A stretch of 64,000 bases of DNA from Gracilinanus agilis. Its lineage: Eukaryota. A program made the translations under genes and the position numbers. This document shows positions 12,442-25,794 of the stretch, piece after piece. The notes beneath the pieces are model-generated. The model was not told where the DNA came from. It saw only the letters and a program-made list of their open reading frames with translations, and searched no databases. The stretch spans positions 88,195,331 to 88,259,330 of the forward strand of contig NC_058130.1 of assembly GCF_016433145.1 (NCBI RefSeq), read 5' to 3'. The stretch's first letter is position 1. Each line of letters opens with the position of its first letter.

Positions 12442-13178
12442 CAGAGGTTGGTAAACTCTTTCCATAAGGGCCCAGGTAATAAATATGTTAGGATTTGCAA
12501 GTTGAGGCAAAATAGAGCATATTATATAACAAGAGAGAAAACAACTTTCCACAAATTTCTATTGATGAAATGAATTATAAGGGTGCTTTTTTTTGGGTGA
12601 TATACATCTATTAATGAAAAGAATGCAACATTTTTTGGGGGGAATAACATTTCACTTAATTGAGGTTCAAAGTTAATGCTCCTTATCAAAATTGATTGCA
12701 AATGTCATCTCTTAATGTCATTTTGTATGAGATTTTATATATTTCATTTCTGAAAATGTCTTTTCAAGCAGATAAGTACTGACAAATACTTATATCAATA
12801 CTTGAGCATATGATTTTGACTGAACATATTCATAGCTTGGAAGGCATTTATAGTATTCTATATACTCCACTTTTCTTCATTATATGCCAAGCAGCCTTGT
12901 GAAGTAATGAGAACAACACATATGGTTTTTTTTGCTCCTACTCAACTCTGCTGTTGCAGTGTGAAAGCAGCCGTAGACAATAGCTAAATGAATGAGCATG
13001 GCCGTGTTCCAATAAAATTTTTTTTGTGGACACTGAAATCTGGATTTCATATGATTTTCACATGTCATGGAAGAGTATTCTTTTTTTGACTTTTTTCAAT
13101 CATTAAAAAATTTGGAAAACCATTCTTAGTTCATGGGCTGTCCAAAAACAGGTGGCAAGTTGGATCTGCCAACCCATG
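12442..13178. mobile_element. MER58/Cheshire-like non-autonomous hAT element
   Basis: Ends cagaggttggtaaac / tgccaacccatg; internal ctcaactctgctgttgcagtgtgaaagcagcc...gtgttccaataaaa typical of MER58. Confidence 0.8.
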
Positions 13179-13179
13179 T

Positions 13180-13440
13180 TACAATAATAATAATCACAAT
13201 AATAACAGCTAACATTTATATAGTGTTTACCATGTGCCAGGCTCTCTGCTAAACACTTTATAATTATTATCTCACTTTATCTTCTTAACAATTCCCGGGA
13301 GATAAGTGCTATTATTATCCCCATTTTGCAGATGAGGAAGCTGACACAAACAGAGGTTAAGAGACAAACAGTCACAGAGCTGAATCCAGATTTGAGCCCA
13401 GGTCTTTGTGATTCCAAGCCCACCCGCAATTCTTAGCTGC
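13180..13440 (-). mobile_element. MIR SINE
   Basis: aataacagctaacatttatatagtg...ccccattttgcagatgaggaagctga. Confidence 0.8.
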
Positions 13441-14824
13441 TTCGGTTCTAGTCAGGACTAAACTGCCTAATTTCACCTAACTATAAAAGAAAATGTGTTT
13501 CATAGAAAGGAGATGACTAGTCCAAGTTCACAAAGTTAGTAAGTGGCAGAGCCAGGACTAGAACCTGGGTCTAAACACCAGCTCAATTACACCATGCTTA
13601 TGTACTTGGATTTCATACATATACTATACGTTACATAAGCTCCATTTTAACTTTACTCCTTGGCAATACAAAAATCTGATTACATGTGGATTTTATAGAA
13701 ACGTGTACCCTGGGAATGTGAAAAGATTTATATTAGTAATCTGCACTTTAGTATATTGTCCGAGTAGCAATTTGTGTAAGGATAAGGATGACAACTTGCA
13801 CTTCTAGCCAGAGTTATTTGATCCATATCAGACTTCAGGGGATTGAGCCAGATTCTCCCCACACCTCAATATGAGGAAGAGAAGTCTTCAGAAAGCAGAG
13901 GGATGCCGGTTTTTTTGCTTACTGTAGCTGCACGTACAATGGCAAGAGGGCATTCACATAAACACAAAATATAGGCTGCTGTAGGTTCTTCATTAAGTAA
14001 AGTCCAACAGTCTGAAGCACAGTAGACCTCTGTTTTACTAACAAGGAGGTATAAAACACTTGCCTGTATGAGTGCATAAATACCCTGTAGCTTAAGAAAC
14101 AACCCAGTCTTGCTTCCCAGAAAAGTTGATTAGGGTCATTAATCATATCAACCACATCCAATCATAATAATAACAAATATAAACAATAAACACCAGGTTT
14201 CCCCCCCTTTGGCTACAGAATAAAAAGACTCAATACAAATAGGACAATATACATAATGCTATCATTTAGTGGGAAGAAGCATTTATCTGTGTATATATAA
14301 AATTTAGCTGATAATCAGCCAGTGCTTTTTCCCCCCCCCAAAAATTAAATTACATTTTTTTTCAGTTAACAAAATCTATTGTTTCTCTTTCCTTCTTCCT
14401 CTGTGTACTCTTTTGGACTAGTGCTATTTCTTACCTGTTGAGTGAGGGATAAAGGTTTCACTTTTTGAAGATAGTGTGATCAATTCTTTTAGACCCAAGA
14501 AACTTTTCATTCTGTATTATACTAATCAATTTGTCATTATGCTCCTGGGAATGCGTGTGGGGTGGTATTTGGGCTGGGTTTGGGGATGCTGGTGGAGAAG
14601 GTAAATGAAAGTTAGACTACTGGAAAGAACACACTTGCCTCTAATAACAGAGAAAATGGGGAAGAGGGCTCCTATGTGCAATAAAGTAGTTTAGTTTATG
14701 ACTAGGGCCATAGCTGGGGCCTGACTCAGTAAAAGGGAAAGAAGACATGGGTTGACAAAGTAGAGGTGCAAGATTCATGATCTAGAGAGGCTTATTCTAA
14801 GTTGGTCTTTAAAGCATACAGTAC

Positions 14825-14885
14825 CTATTCGGATCACATGGGCAACTATGTATAAATCTCTCTTCATATCTTTGCTGCTCAGATC
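14825..14885 (-). CDS. DOCK3: DOCK3 internal exon (61 nt, exon 11 equivalent): DLSSKDMKRDLYIVAHVIRI(G)
   Basis: Acceptor tttctcttttcttag|GATCTG and donor ATAG|gtactg. Phase 0 to phase 1. Absent from the ORF track. Confidence 0.97.
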
Positions 14886-14984
14886 CTAAGAAAAGAGAAA
14901 AACATTTCAGCAAATGGCAATGCAGAAAGTACATACAAAGAACTGAGGAGTCATTTTTTCATCTCTATATATGGGTAGTTTATT

Positions 14985-15178
14985 AAAAAAACACCTTCCC
15001 TTCTGACTTAGGATCAATACAAACTATTGGTTCCAAGGCAGAAGAGTGGTAAGGACTAGGCAATTGGGATCAAGTGACTTGTCCAGGGTCACATAGCTTG
15101 AAAGTGTTTGAGGCCACATTTGAGCCCAGGACCCCCTGTCTTCCTGCCTGGCTCTCTATTCACTGAGCCAGCTTGTTA
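14985..15178 (-). mobile_element. SINE1_Mdo-like SINE
   Basis: attggttccaaggcagaagagtggtaagg...cccaggaccccctgtc. Confidence 0.85.
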
Positions 15179-15785
15179 CATTTTTGCATATGCTATACAC
15201 AGATACAGTTAAGGCATAAGAGTAAATACTATTTAACAAATATCAAAACTCCTTCTTATGTTCAGGTGCCTGGTATATTTTAGGATTCTTTCTCTGCCTA
15301 AGGTACCCTTTCTCCATCTCTTCATATGTGCCCTTTGGACTGGTTTGAGATGTGCCTCATTTGGATAACCCAAGAGAATTAAATGGTTTTACATGGATTT
15401 TTAAGCCAGTCTTGCCTATAACTCATTTCTTTGAAATAAGCAGCATTTTCAATGGGAAGTATGTAAAAAATAAATTCTAACAGAATATGCTAAATGAAAA
15501 ACTAAATGTTTGTAGGGAAACAGTTTCAAATGAATATAAGGTGGGAAAAGTCCCAACCTCTAGAGTTATTTTTAGTATGCTTTTGGGATGACTGTGAATG
15601 AATGAAAAAAGAGTTCGTAGTCATGCCAGAGTGAAATATTTAGATTCCACTTTTGTTGGGTACCCAATGGGAGAATTAGGTATGCTTATATTAACACAGC
15701 GAATATTATAGATAGGAATAATATTGGGATGAAACAAGGACTAATGATCGCACTTGCTTTTTAAAGGGAAATATGTCAAACAAAA

Positions 15786-16018
15786 GGGTGGCTAGGTGGT
15801 GCAATGAATAGAGCACCAGTTCTGGAGTTGGGAGACCCAAGTTCCAAACCAGCTTCAGACAACTACTGGCTCTGTGACCTTGGGCAAATCATTTAATCCT
15901 GCTTGCCTCAGTTTCTTCATATGTAAAATGAGCTGGAGAAGGAAACAGCTAACCACTCCAGTATCTTTGCCAAGAAAATTCTGAGAGTTAGACATGCCTG
16001 AAAAATGATTGAACATAT
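15786..16018 (+). mobile_element. MAR1-type SINE (CORE plus RTE tail)
   Basis: tRNA head, CORE, then ctggagaaggaaacagctaaccactccagtatctttgccaagaaa. Confidence 0.85.
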
Positions 16019-16049
16019 CAAAACAAGGCAATGGAAAAATAATATATAT

Positions 16050-16230
16050 GCTAACTGGATGATGATGATGGTAACTTCTATAGAACTTACAATGTGCTAA
16101 GTGCTGGGAGGTAGGTGCTATTATCATCTCCATTTTACAGATGAGGAAACTGAGACAAACAAAGGTTAAGTGATTTGTCCTAGGTTACATAAGTAGTAGG
16201 TGTCTGAGGTCAGATTTAACTCAGGTCTAA
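16050..16230 (-). mobile_element. MIR SINE
   Basis: cattttacagatgaggaaactgagacaaacaaaggttaagtg. Confidence 0.8.
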
Positions 16231-16519
16231 TTGGATGATAATTGCATGTTTACAGGGAACCTAGAGGGGGTGAATTGTATCAAACAGGCAAGTAATATTC
16301 ACTGATTGGCTGGCAAGTCAACTTATGCTAAGAAATTTGACCGTAAGTCTCCTTGTAAGGATAATTGTATTTGGTCAAGGGCTAAATGGGAAAAAAAGGT
16401 CAGAGTGAAGGAAAAGAAGAGGGGGTATTTTTGCATGCCTGGTGCATGGGTGAGGAGGAGTTGCATTTAATGTTATAACGTTTTTTCCTTTTCTTAAACT
16501 TTTCCCTTCTGTCTTAGTA

Positions 16520-16655
16520 TCAATTTTTAAAACAAAAAAGCAGTGAGGACTGGGGTTAAGTGACTTGCCCAGGGTCAAACAGCTAGGAGATGTCTGAGGC
16601 CAGGTCCTCTCAACTCTAGGCCTGGCTCTGTGTACTGGGTTACATAGCTGTCCCT
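16520..16655 (-). mobile_element. SINE1_Mdo-like SINE, internally deleted
   Basis: ggggttaagtgacttgcccagggtcaaacagctaggagatgtctgagg. Confidence 0.75.
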
Positions 16656-18214
16656 AGTGTATACAGGTCCTTGAAAGAATGATAGTGCTGTTAAGCCTTA
16701 GAATGTAGAAATTATCTACTTTCTTCTTGGGCTACATGCTAATTGGCAACTAAGGGTTCACTAAATACTTATTTCATGAAATATCTAAGTTATTCTGTGT
16801 CTCTGGTGTTATGACCACAGGAAGTGGCAAGAGGTAACAAATAATAAAATAATTACAATAATGATAAAAAGTAGTCAAATTCTTAAACCTATGAGGAAGT
16901 CCTCTGTATGGCTATAATCTTTTGATTGAAATATAAGGACATTTTGGATTCCTTCCATTCATTTGTATTTAAAAATGGTATTCATATTTGAATATCAATT
17001 AAATTATTGCTAAATACAATATACCAAATATTAAATCAATTTATTGATAAATATAAAATTATTTATTGTGAAAAGATATTAGGCCACTATTTTGATATAC
17101 TATTGAAAGAGATGGCTAGAGGACAGAGCATTTTCAAATGAAATGGTTCCCTTTGGGTTTAGTTAATAGAATTCAAGCTACCTCCAAAGGTCTATTCTTC
17201 ACCCCAATTTACCTCTCTTGTGTTTGTAGTCCTAAAGCAGACTTCCATAGAAGACCAAGATAATAACTGGACATTCAAGGTACATTCATATTGGAATTCT
17301 TTTACTCCTGTTGCTGGTTATTAGGTATAATAAATAAGACTCAAATGTAATTTAACATTGAATGAAAAGGTGCTTATAATATTTTCCAAGTGCCTGGGTA
17401 GTATGTCTGTCTGGACCACACTGTATAGGGTACTTAGAACCCAGAATGGTACTTATTAAGTGTTAATAACAATCAAAGTAATAACAAAAATGATTTTTGG
17501 CAAATATAAATGAAAATTGTTGTAGGTTAGTTTCACAGTACATTAAAATTTCAATGTAAGAGCCAGCTTACTAAATGAAAATTAAATGCATAGTTAAACA
17601 TAATTTTGGGTTGACAAAAACATTGCTTTTTAATAGTGAGTATCAAGCATGATTGATAATATTAACATTTAGGAGACAAATCGAAAAAAGAGAAGGAAGG
17701 AGGACAAAGGAAACTCAGTGTTGTCCAGTCTTATAATCTTGAACTCAATGAGTAGCTTTTGAACAATAACTAAATGCAGAGCAAGTCTGAATTGCTATCT
17801 AAATGAGAAAGAATCAGGTGGTCTAGTCCTATGCCAGCTAGTGGGCAGAAGCTGTCAAAGTTGGGAGATGGGGAGAAAAATCTGATTTAAAGGAGAGCTC
17901 TTGGAGCTCAATGAAGTTATGCTATGAGGTATTAGAAATAAGGTTAGCTTCTCTGATTCCAAGTTAGCTTTTACTTATCCTCTAGGAATGGCATGAAGAT
18001 TTTGACAATAAAATAAAATAATACCACTATTTTGAAAAAAAAAATAACTCCACAGGAAAAGCTAATATCATAGAAACCATTGAGTTAGACTTCCAACTCA
18101 AATAGAAGTAGAAAATTTTTATCATTTGGGTTGACAACTGAAATATGATAAAACTGCTATCATAGTAAAATGTATTACATGAATGTATGTCTATGTTGCA
18201 TTTATATAAATAAA

Positions 18215-18240
18215 TAAATATATATATATATATATATACA
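18215..18240. repeat. (AT)n microsatellite
   Basis: aatatatatatatatatatatac. Confidence 0.9.
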
Positions 18241-20656
18241 TAGTCACTCATGTAACATATACTATGAAAAATGGAAAAGAGAGCACTTTTTAAAGAAACT
18301 CAAGCAAATTAAAAATTCCTTGGAATTTTTTTCTTTTTATGGAGAATTACTAAAATCCAATGAATCTGGAAAAGGGAAAATATTCCCAGAGAAAAATAAT
18401 TCTGTGATTCATAAATTTTATAAATGAAAATTTATAAATTGGAAGAAATTACCTTAAGGAAAAGCTAAACTCTACCGAAAGAAAATAATACTAACCCCAT
18501 TATCAAGTTTTCAGGGCATATCTATCTTAGTAATTTTTATGGGTCTACCACTACAGAAATTTCACTAACCACTTCTGTAATTCTATGACATTGACCTGGA
18601 AGCTTTGTTAACATATTTGGCAATCTCAAAATGCGCTCTTTTGCCTACGGTAAAGAATCAGGTTTCTAGATTAGTTGATAAGATAGATTCTGGCCAGAGC
18701 AATAGTTTTGTAAATCTGGTAGCCATGTTTAAGAATCTCATGAATACAAAATTATGTTAGGCACCTTTACAGAAAGTGCCAAAAACAAAGCCAACTCCAA
18801 GCTCAGTTATTGTGGATAGGGCACAAAAGAGAGGAAGTGAATGAGAATTTGGAACATTCTTTGAGGATAGTAAGGAACAAGAATATCCATGATTGATTTT
18901 TTTCCCATTTATACAAATTGGAATTACTATCAGTGTTTGTGTGTACACACATAATGGAATATGGGCTTATATATATCACATATATCTTTATATATCTATA
19001 ATTAAATATTGTAAAATAAAGTCCATGATTCTACAATCACATTCAGATGTCACAATGAAGTTCATTAAAAATCAGTCATTGAGTATGAGGATCTAGTCAA
19101 TGGAATTGTACTGAAATCTACAATTCCACAATGCCAAAGAGCCCCAAGTGAAAAAACTTCTTTTGTGTTTTTATCAGACAAGGTCAGAATGTCAGAAAAC
19201 TTTAAAATATTGCCATCTTGCCCATCTCTCTGTCTTAAAACCAAACTGCTCTAAATTATTCAAAACAATTATTTGTCTTCTTCCTATTTTCCTTTCCACT
19301 AGTAGCTTACTTTGGATAAACTCTTCTAGAGTCTAACCTTACTCTTTTGGGATGCCTTTCCTCTCATTGTCCAACTCCCATCTACAGTTAGGATAGAAAA
19401 TTGTTTATATTTTTACCCTTTTCTTCTCCTGAACAAGAAAGTTCATTTCCTTCTGTTTTCATTATATTTCCAATTTTCCTGTCTGATTTCTCTAACTGAA
19501 TGTTTTCCTAATCCTTAAAATACTGGTGCATTACATCATTTTGATTTATTAATTTGAAATTTTTCACAGATTTGGTGCATTTTCAATATATACTATATCC
19601 TTATTGAGAGATGCTTTTGGACTGTAACAAAACAAGCTATTGTATGCATTACTTTTTGATCTTTAAAGAAAGTAGCAAAATGAACAAAATTCAGGTGAAA
19701 AAATGTAGTGTTTTTTTCTGTAAGATCCAGGTCACATTGAAACCTCAGAGTTAGTTCCCTATTCATTTAAGTTGTACCCACAGAGCCTGATCATGACTAA
19801 TACTATTTACATTGGGATAACACTGCAAACCAAACAGAATGGCAATCAAGGTGGGAAGCATTACGGTATCTCTGATTTAAATGGGTTTTCTCTAAAACCT
19901 TATAGTATTGTCTGAGCACAGAGTACCAACAGTAGTCAAAACTATTACAAAGCCTTTTATTCTTTTTCAGCAAATCAATTAAATCAAGTAAATGAAGCAC
20001 ATTGGCTATTCAGTGCATAAAATAAATGGTGAACACACAAGAAGAAGCTTGGAGAATGTCTTGGCAGTTTCCTGATGGTGGAAACCCAGAACATGTTTTT
20101 CTAATGAGGATCTTACTGTGTCCCTTGCTCTCCTGATATTTCTAGGGTATTGGACCTTTGGGAGCAAGTGTTTTAAAAAGTGTCTTTGTTAGTATGAATA
20201 GTATGAATAGGAGTCATTTGTGATGTGATGAAGCGGACACAATTCATATTCCAATAGAAAATGGCTCCAGAATTGGTAGTTTTAAGAAAGTAAATTTGAG
20301 TGGACAACTTTAGAAGGCATTTCTAATTCCAAGTTAAAAATATAATAAAAAGGATCGTTCCCCTCCAATTTTAAGTATCAAGTTTACACACCGGATAATA
20401 AAACTTAAAAATCAGCCAAGAGGCACTTGAAAGTGTCTACTTAATCACAAAATTCAATTAAGAACGTCTAGTTGATTGTAATATTTTAAAAACATTTCAT
20501 TATTATCTGTCAGAAATATATAACTAATCTTATTTGCCCTACTGTGTAGGGAAAGAAAAATTTTGTCAGTTTTCGGGCTGACAATATCCACAAACCAAAG
20601 CCCTCGATCAGAAATGGCCCAGTCCACAGTGTAGCAGGGAAAGAATTCTCACATAC

Positions 20657-20738
20657 TGTAAAAAGGGCACACATTCGATCTATCTTCTCTGGGTTCCTTG
20701 GCCCACCATTCTTGTTCAGTCTCACCAGAAACCGCTCA
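20657..20738 (-). CDS. DOCK3: DOCK3 internal exon (82 nt, exon 10 equivalent): (S)ERFLVRLNKNGGPRNPEKIDRMCALFT
   Basis: Acceptor atttcag|TGAGCGG and donor TTTACA|gtatgt. Peptide matches remembered DOCK3 ERFLVRLNKNGGPRNPEKIERMCALFT. Phase 2 to phase 0. Confidence 0.97.
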
Positions 20739-20749
20739 CTGAAATGTAG

Positions 20750-20800
20750 GAGAGAGAGAGAGAAAAAGAGAGAGAGGGAGAGAGAAAGAGACAGAGAAAT
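20750..20800 (-). promoter_or_regulatory. (TC)n-rich extended polypyrimidine tract upstream of the 82-nt DOCK3 exon
   Basis: The plus strand is a GA-rich tract starting about 12 nt from the acceptor. Confidence 0.6.
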
Positions 20801-21779
20801 GTGAGGGACCACAAACTACAGAACAAAGACTAGGGCATGTATAAAGAATAATGTATCATTTTGGAAATCCTAAACAGTCATGGAATTGCACTCAATGATA
20901 GGTGGGTAGGGCACAATGTGAATGTAATGTCTTGTTAGACATGACAGAGAGGCAGTGATCTGGTGGAGAAATTTGGATTTGAGGTCAGAAGAGATTTAAC
21001 TCATATGCTGGTTCTGACATCAGTTGTGTGAACCTGAGTATTTCATTTAACACCTGAGCCTTTTCTATAAAAGGGGGATAATCTGTAATATTGTTCTCAC
21101 AGGACTGCTGTGCTTTTCCAAATCTCAAGTCTTATAAAGGTGTCATCATTAGTAACAATATTGAAATAGTAATAGTGATAATGATATCTATATCAAATGC
21201 ATTTTTAAAAAACACAGAGCAAAGTCTTGTGTCGGATAAACACTTTGATGTATTTTAACCAGGCATTGTTATTTAACCATTGAATGTAGATGTATATTTT
21301 GCCTCCCTAATAAGGTTATAAGCTTTTGGGAGCAAGACATGAGTATTATATTTTACCTGTATTGCCCCCACCCCAAACCCAAGTTCAATGTCAAACACAG
21401 AGGAATCACTAGGACACTTTGATCTAAATCAGGCAGTGAGCTCATTACAACAAAAGAAAATAATACATATACTAGCAGATCCAGGAAACATGAGTTTTAG
21501 TAGAACATAGGCTGTCCCAAAAGTCTCAGTGCTTTCATAACCACTTAAAAGTTTTACCCTGTATAAGTTCCTTGAAGGTATTTCATCTTGTCTTTATAGC
21601 CCTACTCTCAAAGAGCCCTTCTTTATGTGTGTATGTGTATGTGTTTGTGTTTGTAAAAGAGAGAAGTATGGAATATGATTTTATGAGTACATGGAACTCT
21701 CAGGGTAATTCCCTCTACTGATGTAAGCTATGAACTTCTCTGCAATTTACACTTTGAGAATTATTGGGATCAGATTAAG

Positions 21780-22690
21780 TGATTTGTCCCTCTTGTCTGC
21801 TCTCCAGTCCCACCTCTCTCACTACCTGCAAGACATCTTCCTTTTGATGTGCCACATAGATATCTCAAATTTAACATGTCCCAAAGAGAACTCATTATGT
21901 TTCTCCCTCAATCTACTCTTTCTCCTACTTTCTTTTGGTCAAGGGCATCACAGAGTTTCATAACTTATGAGTCATCTTTGACCCTTCACTCTTCCTCAAC
22001 CCTCTCCACCCACCATTTGGCCAGTTGCTAACTCTTGTCAATTTTATCTTTACAACATCTTCTTGCCTTTGTCTTCTCATCTCCCCTCACATCATGATCT
22101 CCCTCATTCAAGGACTCATCATCTCTTGCCTGTACTATTGAACAAGTTTCCTTATTAGTGTCTCCATCTCAAGCCTCTACTTTCTAATTTGACCTGATGA
22201 TTGATAACGGCCAAAGTGATATTCCTAGAGCTCAGATCTAACTGTATCCCATCACATCAAGCTTCAGCAGCTTCTTCTTTTGAGTATCTAATGGCTTCTC
22301 AATTTCTCACTAGGCTCTCTTTCCAGGTTGATTTCATATCATTTCCCTCATTGTAATCATATTAGTTTTTTGTTATTCTCTCTACATGATACCCTATCTC
22401 TCCCCTTTCTACAAGATGTCTCCTATTCCTGGGATTCCCTCATTCTTCATCTGAGTCTCTTGGGACCCTAGTTCCTTCTGATGCTCACCTCAAATACCAC
22501 TTCTTTCAGGAGGTCTTTCCCGACTTCTGTAGTTGGTACTTTGCCCCAATCATTTTGTATTTATTTGCATATATTCCGTATTTACTTATTGTGAATATTA
22601 ACAAGACCATTGAGAGTAAGGACAATCTCTTCTGAATTCCTACTGCTTAGAACATAGTAGGTCATTAATAAATGCTTATGATTAACTGAT
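21780..22690 (+). mobile_element. L2
   Basis: gatatctcaaatttaacatgtcccaaagagaactc...cttagaacatagtaggtcattaataaatgcttatg. Confidence 0.8.
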
Positions 22691-23039
22691 TAATTGATTC
22701 TGGACTTCAAGGCCAGCTCTTCTATCCACTCCATCATACTGTCTTTCATGGTGCCTTGCTCATAGTAAACACTCAATTAAATTACCCATAGCACATCTTC
22801 CTCTGAAGAGTCACTTAAGATCTATGAGGGGGAAGAGAGATGGTGGAATCCTATAGAAATTGATGGTATGTCAAGGGTGGAAGAGGTAAAAATGCAAAGC
22901 AACAGGAAATACTAATAGAATGTTCAGACTGAATGGAGCCATGAAAAGTCTTATTACACAAAGCAACTCACATGCTTGTGGTAGGAAGTTGATAAGAATT
23001 TCAAATAACTTGTGAAACAATGTCAACATATTTTGGCTA

Positions 23040-23275
23040 AACAGAATTGCAGATCGGGTGTGGGACCTGGATTCAGGAAGAGCTGAGATCAATTTAGCCT
23101 CAGATTCTTACTAGCTGTATGACACTGGGCAAGTCTGTCTCAGTGTCTTCATTTGTAAAATAAGGATAATAGAACATATTTCCCAGGGCTATTATGAGGA
23201 CCAAATGAGATTATATTTGTAAGATGCTTTGTAAATCTTTAAACACTATATAAGTGCCTGACTATTACTACAATG
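23040..23275 (+). mobile_element. MIR SINE
   Basis: gacctggattcaggaagagctgag...ctcagtgtcttcatttgtaaaataaggataat. Confidence 0.8.
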
Positions 23276-23435
23276 ATCATCTCTACCTTTTCCTCAAGTT
23301 TATGCTCTATTAGCAAGATGGTATCATATACCTCAGTATTTCCATGTGTTTTCTACAATGTGGATTCCCTTTCCTCCAGTGCATATCTTAAGGATATGGT
23401 CTTCATGAATTGTTGAAAAAGTCATCAATCTATAG

Positions 23436-23621
23436 CAGTCATTCCCAAAGTGGGTGCCACCGCCTCCTGGTGGGTGCTGCAGCAATCCAGGGAGGCAGTG
23501 ATGGCCACGGGTGCATTTATCTTTTCTATTAATTGCTATTAAAATTAAAAAAAATTAATTTCCAGGGGCACTAAGTAATATTTTTTCTGGAAAGGGGGCC
23601 AAAAAAGTTTGGGAACCACAG
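23436..23621. mobile_element. hAT/Charlie-type MITE, 186 bp
   Basis: TIRs cagtcattcccaaagt / agtttgggaaccacag; perfect 8-bp TSD atctatag (23428-23435 and 23622-23629). Confidence 0.92.
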
Positions 23622-25254
23622 ATCTATAGCAACCTGGTGATAAACTTCTCTGAAATGAGCCAGGATGGTACTAAGACAACAGACATATGTTAAAACACTG
23701 ATAAAATGAAGAGGCTAGATTAAATTACCTCTGAGGTCACTTCCAGGTCGAATCTATATTATAATCATTAGAGTGGTTTACTTTTCCCCTGATCCTTCAA
23801 TCATGTATTCAGAGTATGTCACGTAACCCCAGAATGATAGGTATTGCAAATATGCTAGAATTACAAAATATATTGTAATCCAAACGGTAAAGGTTGCTAT
23901 GGAAAGAGGAAAAGGGAATAGTAAAAGCTGGTGAAAGAATCAGGGTTAGAGGAGGGGTGAGAAGTCGAGATAGAAGGGAAACTTCAAAGGTGATATGCTG
24001 AGAGCTTCTGCTCAAACCACATAATAGAGATGAATGGAACCACTATCCCTGCAGACTATAAGTGCTGGGACTAAGCCATTAGAAGGTTCTCTCTGTTCAA
24101 AGCCCAAGAGTTCCACTAAGCGAGGCAGCTTGTGTTGACCTGATTCCAAGAAGTGGCCCCCACCAGATTCACTGCAGATATGTTCAGCCTAGGCTCTAAA
24201 TTTTACAACTTTACAACTTAATTTCTCTCTTATGGCAGAGAAGTGGGGGACTATCAGGTCAGACTATTTGATACAATGTCAGGCAGAATCACTTATTGGA
24301 TGTTTTAAATTTTTTTCCCTTTGGCACAAGGGAATTGATCTGGAGATGGACTAGGAAATGTTTGTGAAAGAAATTTTAAAAGGCATCCATAAGAAATATT
24401 AAAAAAAAACAGAAATGGGAAGGCCTTATTAGAATTAATAAAATGAAGTCAGCCAATTCAATAACAATAAACTAATTCTTTAATCTGCTTGACACTTTAA
24501 TTCCTAGATGCCTGCTAGGCTGCAAGTATATGACCTAGAAACTCAGAGGCAGCTCATGTTTGTAAAGAGGCCAAAGAAAAATCTTGCAAACATCGGTCAG
24601 TTAGGAGCTTTAAACATGTTTCTTTTTAAGGTTGAAAAGATAGGGTGAATTTCCATTATAAGACCCAAACTTCTCAATTGTCTTTCTCAGCCTGGTAAAA
24701 TAATTGATTCCAACGAGCGTTTATAAATGGGAAGCAAAAGGAATAACCAAGAATGCTGGGTGTAATGGTGGTGATGTGTGTGTATAAAATGCTTTCAATT
24801 TTAAGGCCAGGTAGTCAGAAGTCATTTTTAGAAGATCATCCTCACCTTCCTCAATCAGGTCTTGGCAATTTCCCCTTTGCTTTGCTGCCTTACTTCCTTA
24901 CTCTTCTTCCGGTATATATAGAAATGGGAGGGCTAACCCACAATGGTGATTCATAACCAATCAATCACTATATTTAGGATTATTCTATTTTATTTTTCTG
25001 GCTAGACCACAATCAAACCATACTTGCAGTGTTCCAGGAAGAGTCCATAAGACAGCTTAAGTCTATGTGATTACTTCGTCACACATAGACACTTTTTGGT
25101 ACAAAGGTTTCATGGTAGAAAGCAAGCAATAATAAGGTCAGATTTATCAGGTAGTATGATGACTGCTCAGTGGTTGAGATGTGGGATCAGCAAACTGGGT
25201 TTGGAGGTAAATCAGCAGCTAACCTGCAGGAGATCTTAGCCATTTTTGTCAAGG

Positions 25255-25435
25255 AAGGACCCCTTTGACAGTGTCTGGGGAAGTCTACTACAGATCCCTT
25301 TTTAGAATCCTGTTTCCAAATAGTTTAAATAAAATATGTAGAATCATGAAAGGAATTAATTATATTGGAATATAGTAATCAAAATACTTAAACAATGAAT
25401 TTGTGGACTTTAGGTTAAAAAATCCTAAAAGGGTA
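25255..25435. mobile_element. Old Charlie-type non-autonomous DNA element
   Basis: ggacccctttgacagt...tttttagaatcctgttt, similar to the elements at 43514 and 59926. Confidence 0.6.
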
Positions 25436-25794
25436 TCAGGATCAAATCTAAATATAAATCTGTTTCCCTTCCACTTATGATAAGACTTAGATTTTTATGA
25501 GAAAATTATTAAACTTCGAAAATAAAAAATGGTTTTTATCCTTCCATATGGAAGTGTTCTTTGGGAGCTGTATTGGGTGAAGAATTTACTAGTGCTACAA
25601 ATGTAAATTCAATTCAACAAACATTTGTTAAATGTTTATTGTATGTGAATATATCATCTTGGTGTTTGGCCCAAATGCACAGAAACAAAATAATGATAAA
25701 GTAATAGATGACATATTTGTAAGGTTTTAAAATTTCCAAATCACTTTATGTTACTTTTCATTTGTGCCTTGCAACAATCCTGTTCTTAAAATTT

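Larger units (their letters stand above)
12159..20738 (-). other. DOCK3: Span of the three DOCK3 exons seen; the whole window appears to be DOCK3 intron/exon sequence, and the flanking exons are not found inside it
   Basis: Three exons splice in frame. I searched by eye for the preceding exon (VDTMRPRHGE...) and the following exon (CNNESEW...) and did not find them. Confidence 0.93.

Noticed and set aside
20510-20812. 100-aa ORF as an independent small protein
   Set aside because: Only the central 27 codons are real (a DOCK3 exon). The rest is the TC tract and intron read-through.
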